A stretch of 64,000 nt of DNA from an uncultured Chloroflexia bacterium. Lineage in GTDB: Bacteria; Chloroflexota; Limnocylindria; Limnocylindrales; CSP1-4. Shown piece after piece: positions 37,375-45,975 of the stretch. Numbering within the stretch: position 1 is the first letter of the stretch; every line of letters starts with the position of its first letter. The stretch covers positions 96,001 through 160,000 of the forward strand of contig CAVXPZ010000004.1 of assembly GCA_963763775.1 (NCBI GenBank). The letters run 5' to 3'. Made by a program: the position numbers and the translations under genes. The notes below the pieces were generated by a model. It saw only the letters and a list, made by a program, of their open reading frames with translations. It had not been told where the DNA came from and did not search any database.

Positions 37375-38240
37375 CAGCCGCCGACCTCGCGGATCAGGCG
37401 GTGGAGGATCCGGGCCGCGACGATGCGCCGGTACTCGGCGGTCGAGCGGACGTCGTCGATCGGGTGGAGCTCGCCCGCGAGCGTCTCGGCGGCGAGGTCC
37501 GCGGTCTCGGGTGTCGGGAGGCGGTCCTCGAGGATCGCCTCGGTGGCGCGGGCACGGATCGGGGTCGCCGCGACCGAACCGAGCGCGAGACGCACCGAGC
37601 GCCAGGCCGTGGTCTCGCCGCCGTCACGCCACGACAGCGCCATCACGACCTTGCTGATCGACTGCGCGCGACGCGTCCCGACCTTGCGGAAGCGGACCTC
37701 ACGGGCCGCGGCGATCGGTACGCGGACGCGCAGGATGAGCTCGTCGGGTGCGAGGGCCGTCCGCCGGTATGCTGGCCAGAAGGCCTCCGCCGCCACGACC
37801 CGCTCGCCGCGGGCGCTCCCGAGGACGAACTCGGCGTCGCTCGCGAGGAGGACCGGCAGGGTGTCACCGGCCGGCGAGGCATTCGCGGCGTTCCCGCCGA
37901 GCGTCCCGCGGTTCTGGATCTGGGCCGCGCCGATCGTGGCGGCCGCCTGGACCAGTCCGGGGAGATGCTCGCGGCAGACCGCGGAGCGCCGGATCTCGGT
38001 GTACGTCGTGAGGGCGCCCAGGACCACGGCGCCACCATCGAGCGTGATCCCGCGCAGCGCATCGAGATGCCAGAGGTCCACGACCCGGGCCGGTGGCTCG
38101 CCGAGCTCCCCGGTCAGGGCCACCATCAGGTCCGTGCCGCCGGCGATCGGCCGGGCCGGCTGGGTGCCCGGGTCGCCCGCCATCGCGGCGTATGCGGCGG
38201 CCAGACTGCGTGGGCTGCTGACGGGCGGCTCGACCGGCAT
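37371..38240 (-). CDS. Xanthine dehydrogenase FAD-binding subunit
   Basis: IAGGTDLMV, GALTT, IGAAQIQNRGTLGGN..NASPAGD, PIDDVRSTAEYR. Confidence 0.9.
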   Translation of the reverse strand: MPVEPPVSSPRSLAAAYAAMAGDPGTQPARPIAGGTDLMVALTGELGEPPARVVDLWHLDALRGITLDGGAVVLGALTTYTEIRRSAVCREHLPGLVQAAATIGAAQIQNRGTLGGNAANASPAGDTLPVLLASDAEFVLGSARGERVVAAEAFWPAYRRTALAPDELILRVRVPIAAAREVRFRKVGTRRAQSISKVVMALSWRDGGETTAWRSVRLALGSVAATPIRARATEAILEDRLPTPETADLAAETLAGELHPIDDVRSTAEYRRIVAARILHRLIREVGGW

Positions 38241-38246
38241 GACCGC

Positions 38247-38528
38247 CTACGCCCCGCCCCCGGCCCCGCCGCCGCCACGACGTCGCCGGCCGACCAGCAC
38301 CAGGACCAGTGACGCGATGATCCCGAACCCGACGGCGAGCTGCGTCGGCGAGACGACGATCCTCGGGTCCGAGCCGGCGGGGGTCGCGGCGTCGGCAGCC
38401 GGCGGGCTTCCGGCCGGCGCGGGCGGTCGTCGCGGCGTCCTGTGGGCGACCCCGTCTCCTCGGGCGGGTGCGGCCCGCGGCCGTTCGTGGGGACGGACAC
38501 TCGGTCGGTCTCCGGGTTCATCGATCAC
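38247..38528 (-). CDS. Small Pro-rich protein with C-terminal TM helix inside the xdh operon
   Basis: GGAG-containing RBS before GTG; tail QLAVGFGIIASLVLVLVGRRRR. Confidence 0.55.
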   Translation of the reverse strand: MIDEPGDRPSVRPHERPRAAPARGDGVAHRTPRRPPAPAGSPPAADAATPAGSDPRIVVSPTQLAVGFGIIASLVLVLVGRRRRGGGGAGGGA

Positions 38529-38985
38529 CTCCCGCCGCGAGCGCGATGGCCTCCACGATCTTCGTGTAGCCCGTGCATCGACAGAGATTGCCCGCGATCG
38601 CCTCGCGGATGGCATCCTCGTCCGCCCGGCCACCGCCGTCGAGGTAGGCCCGGGCCGCCATCAACATCCCGGGCGTGCAGATGCCGCACTGGGCACCGCC
38701 GGCCACGAGGAACGCGGACTGGAGCGCGTCGAGCGATCCGGCGCCCGGGGCGAGGCCCTCGACCGTGCGGATGGCGACCCCGTCGACCTGGCAGACCGGG
38801 ACGAGGCACGAGTCGACGGGCACGCCGTCGAGCAGGACGGTGCACGCGCCGCACTCCCCTTCCCCGCACCCTTCCTTGGTCCCGGTGAGCGCGAGGTCCT
38901 CGCGGAGGACGTCCAGCAGACGGCGCATCCCGGGGACGTCCACCTCCGCCGGCGTCGCGTTGACCGTGAATCGATAGGTCGTCAT
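38518..38985 (-). CDS. Xanthine dehydrogenase (2Fe-2S) subunit
   Basis: GTKEGCGEGECGACTV, QCGICTPG, GNLCRCTGY. Confidence 0.93.
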   Translation of the reverse strand: MTTYRFTVNATPAEVDVPGMRRLLDVLREDLALTGTKEGCGEGECGACTVLLDGVPVDSCLVPVCQVDGVAIRTVEGLAPGAGSLDALQSAFLVAGGAQCGICTPGMLMAARAYLDGGGRADEDAIREAIAGNLCRCTGYTKIVEAIALAAGGDR

Positions 38986-41339
38986 CGGGGGGCGGGCGCC
39001 GAAGCGCCTGACGTCGAGCCGCCTGGCTCGGATGCGCCCGGCGGGAGGGGCGCGATCGCGGGCACGGCCGCCATCGCGGCGAGGATCCGCTCCGGGCTCG
39101 CCGGCAGGTCCGCGATCCACACGCCGGTCGCGTCCGCGATGGCCGCGACGACCGCCGGCGCCCCGACGTCCATCGGCAGCTCGCCGACGCCCTTGGCCCC
39201 GTGCGGCACGCCGGAGAATGGGGCCTCCACGAGGATCGTCGAGATCCGCGGCGCGTCGAGCGCGGTCGGGATGATGTACGTGGCCAGTCGGTCGTTGAGG
39301 TACCGGCCGTCGCGCAGCTTGATCTCCTCGATGGTCGCGTAGCCGATCGCCTGCAGCGTGCCGCCCTCCACCTGGCCTTCCGCGAGGACCGGGTGGATGA
39401 CCCGGCCGACGTCGTCGGCGGCAACGACATCGCGGACATGGACCTCGCCCGTATCGAGGTCGACATCGACCCGGGCGACGCAGGCCGCCCAACCGAAGGC
39501 GGGATAGGCGTCGCCGCGGTAGGTCGCGTCGTCGAAGTCGATGCCCGGGTACGGCTCGAAGCGCTCGTCGATCCGGATCGCACCGGTCGCTCGGGCGTGG
39601 TCGCGGTAGACGGCGGCGAAACGACCGTCGGTCGCACCCTCGACCTGGTCGCGCAGCCGGCGAGCGGCCTTGATGACCATCCCGCCGACGACCATCGCGG
39701 TCCGGGACGCGACCGTCGGCCCCGAGTCCGGCACGATCGCGGTGTCCTGCGGGGCCACCTCGACCTCTTCGGCGGTCACCCCGAGCGCCTCGGCCGCGAG
39801 CTGCGGGAAGATGGTCTTCGTCCCCTGCCCCATCTCCGTGGACGCGGTCAGGATCCGGATCCGGCCGTCGGCGGTGAGCTCCAGCGACACCACCGACGCC
39901 AGCTTGACCTCGCCGGAGCCGGTGAACCCCGCGCCGTGCCACGCCAGGGCGAGGCCGATGCCGCTCGCGACCCGTTGGCGCTCGGTCCGCAGCGGCGAGC
40001 CCGGGATCGTGCCGCTGCCGGCGCGCTGGCTTCGGTCCCGGCCCGTCCGGGTCCGCAGCCGCTCGAACTCGGCGGCCTCGGCCGCGCGCTCGAGGACCTC
40101 CTCGCCCGCGACGCTCTCGCGGAGCACCTGGCCGGTCGGGGTGGTGTCCCCGAGGCGGTAGACGTTCCGGCGCCGGATCTCCAGCGGCGACAGGCCGAGC
40201 CGCTCCGCGATCCGGTTGAGATGCGTCTCGGTGGCGAACTCCACCTGCGGGGCCCCGAAGCCGCGGAACGCGCCGTTCGGCGGGGTGTTGGTCCGGGTCG
40301 CCCGCGCGCGGATCCGGACGTTGGGGCACCGGTACGGACCGCCCGAGTGCAGCGCCCCGCGACTGAGGACCACCGGGGTCAGCGTGCAGTACGCGCCGCC
40401 GTCCATGACGACCTCGATGTCCTGGGCGAGGAGCCGGCCGTCGGCGGTCACGCCGGTGCGGTGGCGGATGATCGCCGGGTGCCGTTTCGTGGTGGCCGCG
40501 ATGTCCTCGTGGCGGTCGTAGATCATCCGCACCGGACGCTCGGCCTTGAGCGACAGGAGCGCCGCGTGCAAGGCGATCAGCGAGGGGTACTCCTCCTTGC
40601 CGCCGAACCCGCCGCCCGTCTCGGCCTGGATGACTTGCGCCTGCTGGTCGTCGATGGCGAGGCCACGCTTGAGCGCTGTATGGACGTAGTACGGGCACTG
40701 GAGCGAGCCCGTGACCGAGACGCCGCCATCGTCCCGTGGCACGGCGATCATCGCGTTGTTCTCGATGTAGAGCTGCTCCTGGTGGCCGACGCGGTACTCC
40801 GCTTCCAGCACGTGGTCCGCGGCGGCCATCGCCGCGTCGACGTCGCCCGTCTCGATGTCGTAGTGGGCGAACGGGTGATCCGAGACCAGGGGGTCGAAGA
40901 CCGCGGGGAGCGCCTCCGTCCGGACGGTCAGGGCATGACGGGCGGCCCGCAGGGTGGCCCGGTCCGGGGCCGCGAGGAGGACGAGGGGCTCCGCGTGGTG
41001 CTGGATCTCGCCGCCCACCGGGACCAGGATCGGCTGGTCGGCCTTGATCGAGCTGACGACGTTGTCGCCCGGGACGTCCGCGGCCGTGACGACGACGACC
41101 GACGACCAGTCGAACGACGGGTCCAGGTCCACGGCGAGGAATCGGGCGTGGGCGTCCGTCGAGCGGATGGTCGCGCCGTACCAGGCGCCGGGGACGACGA
41201 TGTCGTCGGCGTAGAGCGCCGCGCCCGTCAGTTTCGCCGGGCCCTCGCGGCGCGGCGGCGGGAGGCCGCGCGCGCGACCGGGGACGACCGTATCGGGCTT
41301 GACGACGAGCGCGCCTGGCGGCTCGATCCGGGACGTCAT
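38982..41339 (-). CDS. Xanthine dehydrogenase molybdopterin-binding subunit
   Basis: KLTGAALYADD, QEQLYIE, GGGFGGK, TTKRHP, AFRGFGAPQ, MGQG, TVASR, GQVEGG, AKGVGELP. Confidence 0.92.
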   Translation of the reverse strand: MTSRIEPPGALVVKPDTVVPGRARGLPPPRREGPAKLTGAALYADDIVVPGAWYGATIRSTDAHARFLAVDLDPSFDWSSVVVVTAADVPGDNVVSSIKADQPILVPVGGEIQHHAEPLVLLAAPDRATLRAARHALTVRTEALPAVFDPLVSDHPFAHYDIETGDVDAAMAAADHVLEAEYRVGHQEQLYIENNAMIAVPRDDGGVSVTGSLQCPYYVHTALKRGLAIDDQQAQVIQAETGGGFGGKEEYPSLIALHAALLSLKAERPVRMIYDRHEDIAATTKRHPAIIRHRTGVTADGRLLAQDIEVVMDGGAYCTLTPVVLSRGALHSGGPYRCPNVRIRARATRTNTPPNGAFRGFGAPQVEFATETHLNRIAERLGLSPLEIRRRNVYRLGDTTPTGQVLRESVAGEEVLERAAEAAEFERLRTRTGRDRSQRAGSGTIPGSPLRTERQRVASGIGLALAWHGAGFTGSGEVKLASVVSLELTADGRIRILTASTEMGQGTKTIFPQLAAEALGVTAEEVEVAPQDTAIVPDSGPTVASRTAMVVGGMVIKAARRLRDQVEGATDGRFAAVYRDHARATGAIRIDERFEPYPGIDFDDATYRGDAYPAFGWAACVARVDVDLDTGEVHVRDVVAADDVGRVIHPVLAEGQVEGGTLQAIGYATIEEIKLRDGRYLNDRLATYIIPTALDAPRISTILVEAPFSGVPHGAKGVGELPMDVGAPAVVAAIADATGVWIADLPASPERILAAMAAVPAIAPLPPGASEPGGSTSGASAPAPR

Positions 41340-41436
41340 GCGGCGGGCGACCCTCCTCGAGGTCCGAGGGTACCATCGGGAGGACCGTCCGGACCCGGTG
41401 CGCACCGCTCGGCACCGAACCTCACCGGATGACCCA

Positions 41437-41452
41437 ACCCGTTGCAACGGGT
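41437..41452. promoter_or_regulatory. Perfect 16-bp palindrome between the divergent xdh operon and GGDEF gene (candidate operator)
   Basis: ACCCGTTGCAACGGGT. Confidence 0.45.
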
Positions 41453-41561
41453 CACCGGCAAAACGTCCCGGCGTCTTCCCGATTCAGTCCCTTCGCGGTC
41501 ACGCGGCCCTATAGTCGAAGGCCCTGGCCCGCATCATCTTCAGGAGTCATCAGCCCGGACC

Positions 41562-42311
41562 ATGGACCTGTCACAGGACACCCTTCTCGCCATCCTCGCC
41601 GCGGTGCTCATCGCGGACATCCTCGTCGTCGCCATCGCCCTCATCTGGACGCGATACCAGCAGCGCCGCGATCGGGCCGGTACGGCCATGCCGGTCGCGC
41701 CTGCGACGCCCCCTCGACCCATCACCGGAGCCACCCCGATGACCAGCCGTGCCTACCCGGCCGCGACCGCGATCAACGACCCCACGACCGATCCGCTGAC
41801 CGGTCTGCTCATGGCCGGGGCCTGGTCCCGGATCATCGTCGACGAGGAGGCCAGGATCCGGCGCTACCACCGGCCGGCGACCGTCGTCATCATCGAGATC
41901 GAGGGGCTGGACCGACTCGTCGCCCGCCTGGGTCCTGGCTCCGTCGACCGGATCGTGCCGGCCGTCGCCGACACGCTTCGGCGAGGGGCGCGCGAGGCGG
42001 ACCACGTCGCGCGGCTCGCCACGGGCCGGTTCGCGATCCTGATGCCCGAGACCGACGAGATCCTCGCGATCAACTACGTCGAGCGCGTCCGAAAGGCCTG
42101 CGACCTGTGGCTGGAGTCCGGCGCGGTGTCGCTGCGGCTGGCCATCGGCTGGGCGAGCTCCAGCGGTGACGGGTCGCTGGTCGACGCCGAGGCCCTGGCC
42201 ACGGACCGGATGTACGGCGAACTCCGTCGAGTTTCGCGTGGCAACAACCCCGACGCGAGCGGCGGCGCGGCTCCGACCAACGGCGGCATGGAGCCAGCGT
42301 TCGGCGGCTAA
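41562..42311 (+). CDS. Membrane-anchored degenerate GGDEF-domain protein
   Basis: N-terminal TM helix; DPLTGL; GGDEF position reads ATGRF; RxxD I-site (READ) retained. Confidence 0.8.
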   Translation: MDLSQDTLLAILAAVLIADILVVAIALIWTRYQQRRDRAGTAMPVAPATPPRPITGATPMTSRAYPAATAINDPTTDPLTGLLMAGAWSRIIVDEEARIRRYHRPATVVIIEIEGLDRLVARLGPGSVDRIVPAVADTLRRGAREADHVARLATGRFAILMPETDEILAINYVERVRKACDLWLESGAVSLRLAIGWASSSGDGSLVDAEALATDRMYGELRRVSRGNNPDASGGAAPTNGGMEPAFGG

Positions 42312-42324
42312 GGACAGCAGCGGG

Positions 42325-42458
42325 GGCCTCACCGCGCCGGGCCGCGGCAGGCCTCACCGGGCCGCGGCAGGCCTCACCGGGCCGCGCACGCCGCCACCGC
42401 GCCGGGCCGCGGCGCCGCGACCTCGCCGGGCCACGGCGCCGCCACCTCGCCGGGCCAC
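42325..42458. repeat. Tandem repeat array, 6 copies of CCGGGCCRC core, period 20-25 bp
   Basis: Cores at 42337, 42357, 42377, 42402, 42426, 42450. Confidence 0.85.
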
Positions 42459-42461
42459 TGT

Positions 42462-42572
42462 CAGTACCGGTTTCGTGAGATTCACGCTCAGACTGGTGCC
42501 AGACCGACATCAGATCGTCTGATTCGGCTGCAGTCCACGCTCGGCTGTCGCGAATCCGTCACCGTCAGTACC
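42462..42572 (+). repeat. Left arm of a ~111-bp diverged inverted repeat
   Basis: Blocks CAGTACC / GAGATTC / CGACA / GATTCGGC / CTGTCG / GTACC are collinear with the reverse complement of 43496-43606. Confidence 0.75.
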
Positions 42573-42664
42573 GTAGGCGGTCGCTCCGGGCGACTGGGCG
42601 GACGGGACCGACCTGCCGGATCGGGATAACCGACGGTGCAGCCTCGAGTGGTTGACTTCCGCCC

Positions 42665-43462
42665 ATGCTTCGGAAGTCCTTCGGCCAGGTGTGCTTCGAG
42701 ACCAGGGTCGCTCTCGACTTGAGTCAGACGCAGCTCGCCGCCCGGGCCGGCGTCACCCGAAGCTACATCGGACAGGTCGAGCGCGGCGACGCCAACATCA
42801 CGCTAGACCGGCTCGTGTCGGTCGCCAGCGCCCTCGGCATCGAGGTCGCGTTCGACCTTCGGCCGCCGACCATCATCGGGCGCCATCCGGGTCAGTCGGA
42901 CATCGTCCACGCCTGGTGCTCCGGCCATGCCGATCGGCGATTGCGCGCGGACGGCTGGTCGACGGCGCGGGAGGTCGAGGTCGTCCATGGTCGATCGCAC
43001 GGGTGGATCGACCTGCTCGCCTTCGATCATCGGACCGGCACGCTGCTGATCATCGAGATCAAGACGCGGCTGGACGATCTCGGCGCCGTCGAGCGGCAGA
43101 TCGCGTGGTATGAGCGAATGGCGTGGGGCCTCGCGCGCGATATCGGGTGGGAGCCCCGGCGGGTCGCGACATGGCTGCTCGTGCTTGCGAGCGACGAGGT
43201 CGATGCATCGTTGCGCATCAATCGGTCGGTCATCGATCGAGCGTTCCCGTCTCGCGCCGTTGAGATGACGGCCGCCCTCGCCGTGCCCGAGCGTCTCCGG
43301 CCTGGGGCTCGCGGGCTGGCGTTGATCGACCCCGCCGGGCACGGCCGGCGCTGGCTGATCCGCTCCCGTCTGGACGGGCGCCGAACGCCGGCGCGCTACG
43401 CGGACTACGCGGCGGCGGCCGCGAGAGTGTCGGGGCAGAAGACCGGGGCGCGACGTCGATGA
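42665..43462 (+). CDS. XRE-family HTH fused to a PD-(D/E)XK-type nuclease-like domain
   Basis: RVALDLSQTQLAARAGVTRSYIGQVERG (HTH_XRE); E-V...GWIDLLAF...LIIEIKT...QIAWY (D..ExK). Confidence 0.8.
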   Translation: MLRKSFGQVCFETRVALDLSQTQLAARAGVTRSYIGQVERGDANITLDRLVSVASALGIEVAFDLRPPTIIGRHPGQSDIVHAWCSGHADRRLRADGWSTAREVEVVHGRSHGWIDLLAFDHRTGTLLIIEIKTRLDDLGAVERQIAWYERMAWGLARDIGWEPRRVATWLLVLASDEVDASLRINRSVIDRAFPSRAVEMTAALAVPERLRPGARGLALIDPAGHGRRWLIRSRLDGRRTPARYADYAAAAARVSGQKTGARRR

Positions 43463-43495
43463 TGATCGGCGTCGCCCCTGCGAGGGTCGGGGCTG

Positions 43496-43606
43496 GGTAC
43501 CCCTAGTTGCCGATCGCCGACAGACGCCTCGAGGTCACCCGCCGAATCGACAGGAATCTGTCGATCCCTGGTCTCAGCACGCTCGAATCTCGCGGTTCGG
43601 GTACTG
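43496..43606 (-). repeat. Right arm of a ~111-bp diverged inverted repeat
   Basis: Reverse complement begins CAGTACCCGAACCGCGAGATTC (17/22 identical to the left arm start) and ends GTACC at the same offset. Confidence 0.75.
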
Positions 43607-43639
43607 GGAGTTCCCTCGCATGTGAGCGAGGACGGACCG

Positions 43640-43722
43640 GCCCGTCGGGCGGTTACGGCCCCTCGGGCGGGACCAGCCCCGTCGGGCGGGACCAGCCCCG
43701 TCGGGCGCGGAACGGCCCCGTC
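43640..43722. repeat. Tandem repeat array, ~5 copies of GCCC(C)GTCGGGCG, period 18-20 bp
   Basis: Units at 43640, 43658, 43676, 43695, 43715 (last partial). Confidence 0.8.
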
Positions 43723-43777
43723 TCTGCCGGTCGGCAAGGACGAGGCCGAGGAGCGCAACCGCGGCGGCGACCGAGGG

Positions 43778-45217
43778 CTACCCCGCGTTGATCTCCGCCG
43801 GCACGAGCCCCTCCCCCTCGGGATGGGCCGGCGCCGCGCCGATGATCACCTCCCGGCGGGCTCGACCCGGCAGGGCCAGGGCCACCAAGGCTCCGACGCC
43901 GACGACCGCCGCCCCGACCCACACGGCCGGGACCAAGCCGTCCACGAACGCGGTCGGCGACACGTACGAGCCGTTGGACGAGAACACGCTGGCCAGGACG
44001 GCGACGCCGAACACGCCGCCGATCTCGCGGATCGTGTTCGTCGCCCCGGATGCCTGGCCCTCCTCGATCCGGTCGACCGACGAGAGCACGACGTTCGCGA
44101 TCGGGGCGAAGAACAGCCCCATCCCGATGCCCGCGAGCACGAACCCGGGGACGAGCACCGGATACGCCACGGTCGGCGTCGTCACGGCCGCGATCCAGGC
44201 GAGGCCGGCGGAGAGGGCCACCATGCCGGCCACGAGGATCGGCCGGCCGCCGATGCGCCCGGCGAGGACGCCGGCGAGCGGCGCCACGATCGCGGGCATC
44301 GCGGTCCACGGCAGGGTGCGCAGCCCCGACTGGAACGGGCTCAGGCCCTGGACGATCTGGAAGAACTGGACGAGGAGGAACACGGCGCCGAAGACGCCGA
44401 AGTACATGAGGAACGACACCACGTTGGCGGCCGTGAAGCCGCGGCTGCGGAAGAACCGGAGGGGAAGCATCGGCGACGCGGTCCGCGCCTCCCACGCGAG
44501 GAACAGCGCCATCAGCACCGCCCCGATCGCGAGCGCGGTGATGATCTGCGGGTCGGTCCAGCCAAGGTCGTTGCCGTGGATGACGCCCCACACGAGGGCG
44601 AACAGCCCGGCGCTCACGAGGCCGAGCCCGGGCAGGTCGAGGGCCCCGTCGGGACCGTAGGACTCGGTCAGCCGGAAGGTCGAGAGCACGATGGCGACGA
44701 TGCCGATCGGAACGTTGAGCCAGAAGATCCAGTGCCAGTTCACGCCTTCGGCGATGGCGCCGCCGACGAGCGGGCCGATCGCGATCGCCAGGCCGGCGAT
44801 ACCGCCCCACGCGCCGAGGGCGACCGCTCGTCGCTCGGGCGGGACCGCGCCCGACAGGATCGTCAGGCTCAACGGCGTCACGAACGCGCCGCCGACGCCC
44901 TGGATGGCGCGCGCGACGATGAGGAGATCGCTCGACGGCGCGAGCGCGGCCGCCGCGGAGCCCGCGGTGAAGATCACCAGGCCGAGGATGAACATCCGAC
45001 GACGACCGAACCGGTCGCCGAGGGCGGCGCCCGTCAGCAGCAGGACCGCGAAGGTCAGGGTGTAGGCGTTGACCATCCACTCGAGCGCCGACAGCGAGGC
45101 GCCCAGGTCGGCCTTGATGACGGGCAGGGCGGTCGTCACGACGAGGTTGTCGAGCGCGACCATGAACAGGGCGACGGAGGTGATGGCGAAGGTCCATCCG
45201 GTCCGAGACAACCGCAT
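43778..45217 (-). CDS. DHA2-family MFS efflux transporter
   Basis: FMVALDNLVVTTALP, LGDRFGRRR, GPLVGG, WHWIFWLNVPIG; 14-TM pattern. Confidence 0.93.
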   Translation of the reverse strand: MRLSRTGWTFAITSVALFMVALDNLVVTTALPVIKADLGASLSALEWMVNAYTLTFAVLLLTGAALGDRFGRRRMFILGLVIFTAGSAAAALAPSSDLLIVARAIQGVGGAFVTPLSLTILSGAVPPERRAVALGAWGGIAGLAIAIGPLVGGAIAEGVNWHWIFWLNVPIGIVAIVLSTFRLTESYGPDGALDLPGLGLVSAGLFALVWGVIHGNDLGWTDPQIITALAIGAVLMALFLAWEARTASPMLPLRFFRSRGFTAANVVSFLMYFGVFGAVFLLVQFFQIVQGLSPFQSGLRTLPWTAMPAIVAPLAGVLAGRIGGRPILVAGMVALSAGLAWIAAVTTPTVAYPVLVPGFVLAGIGMGLFFAPIANVVLSSVDRIEEGQASGATNTIREIGGVFGVAVLASVFSSNGSYVSPTAFVDGLVPAVWVGAAVVGVGALVALALPGRARREVIIGAAPAHPEGEGLVPAEINAG

Positions 45218-45234
45218 CGATCGATCCCCTTCCT

Positions 45235-45252
45235 AGTTAGTAGTCACTAAGT
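45235..45252. promoter_or_regulatory. TetR operator upstream of the MFS gene
   Basis: Reverse complement ACTTAGTGACTACTAACT, 16/18 identical to the site upstream of tetR. Confidence 0.75.
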
Positions 45253-45261
45253 ACTGTGGCG

Positions 45262-45291
45262 AAAAAAGGGGCCGTCCCGACCCGGGACGGC
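45262..45291 (-). terminator. Intrinsic terminator after tetR
   Basis: Minus strand GCCGTCCCG-GGT-CGGGACGGC-CCCTTTTTT. Confidence 0.8.
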
Positions 45292-45310
45292 ACGTGGGCA
45301 AGCGGCGAGG

Positions 45311-45877
45311 TCATCGGACAGCGGCGAGTCCTCCCGCAGCGGCGAAGCTGTAGTCGGCGACCTCGGCCATCTCGCGGCCGATGGCCGCGGCCGTGTTCAT
45401 GAGCATGCCCAGGCCGAACCACGCCTCGAGGGTCTGGTCGTCGGCGCCGGACAGGTCGCGGACGCTCTGGTAGATGCGGTTGAACTCTTCGCCGACGACC
45501 TCGCGGATCTCCGGGTCGCCGCACGCCGCGTAGGCCTGCAACTGGCAGAGGAGCAGCTCGCGGTCGAGCAGGAGCGCGCAGTACGAGCGGCCGATCGCTT
45601 CGAGGACGTGCCGGGTGGAGGGATCCTCGACGCGGGCCTGCCGGCCGACGGCTTCGAACGTGGTCCGCGTCCGTCCGAACCCGTGCCGGATCGCCGCCAG
45701 GAAGAGGTCCTTCTTGGTGCCGAACAGCTGGAACAGGTACGGCTGGCTCACGCCGGAGCGCCTGGCGATGGCCTCGGTCGAGGTCCCGTAGTAGCCGGTC
45801 TGCGCGAATTCGATCATCGCGGCAGCGACGACGGCATCACGACGCTCGTCGGCGGTGAGTCGGGTGGTCGGTGTCAT
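45311..45877 (-). CDS. TetR/AcrR-family regulator
   Basis: AAMIEFAQTGYYGTSTEAIARRSGVSQPYLFQLFGTKKDLF. Confidence 0.93.
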   Translation of the reverse strand: MTPTTRLTADERRDAVVAAAMIEFAQTGYYGTSTEAIARRSGVSQPYLFQLFGTKKDLFLAAIRHGFGRTRTTFEAVGRQARVEDPSTRHVLEAIGRSYCALLLDRELLLCQLQAYAACGDPEIREVVGEEFNRIYQSVRDLSGADDQTLEAWFGLGMLMNTAAAIGREMAEVADYSFAAAGGLAAVR

Positions 45878-45884
45878 GCGCGTA

Positions 45885-45902
45885 ACTTAGTGAGTACTAA
45901 GT
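45885..45902. promoter_or_regulatory. TetR autoregulatory operator
   Basis: ACTTAGT-GAGT-ACTAAGT palindrome 7 nt upstream of the ATG; TTGACA on the minus strand at 45912-45907. Confidence 0.8.
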
Positions 45903-45975
45903 CGCATGTCAACCCCGGCAGATGACGACCCGGGCCGAGCCGGGCGGAGCCGACGGGGGAAACGAGCCGAGACGG

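Noticed and set aside
41450-41540. c-di-GMP-I riboswitch upstream of the GGDEF gene (GGCAAAAC)
   Set aside because: The remaining consensus and the second stem are not present.
42325-42458. Possible CRISPR array
   Set aside because: Units are 20-25 bp tandem copies without unique spacers, and no cas genes are present.
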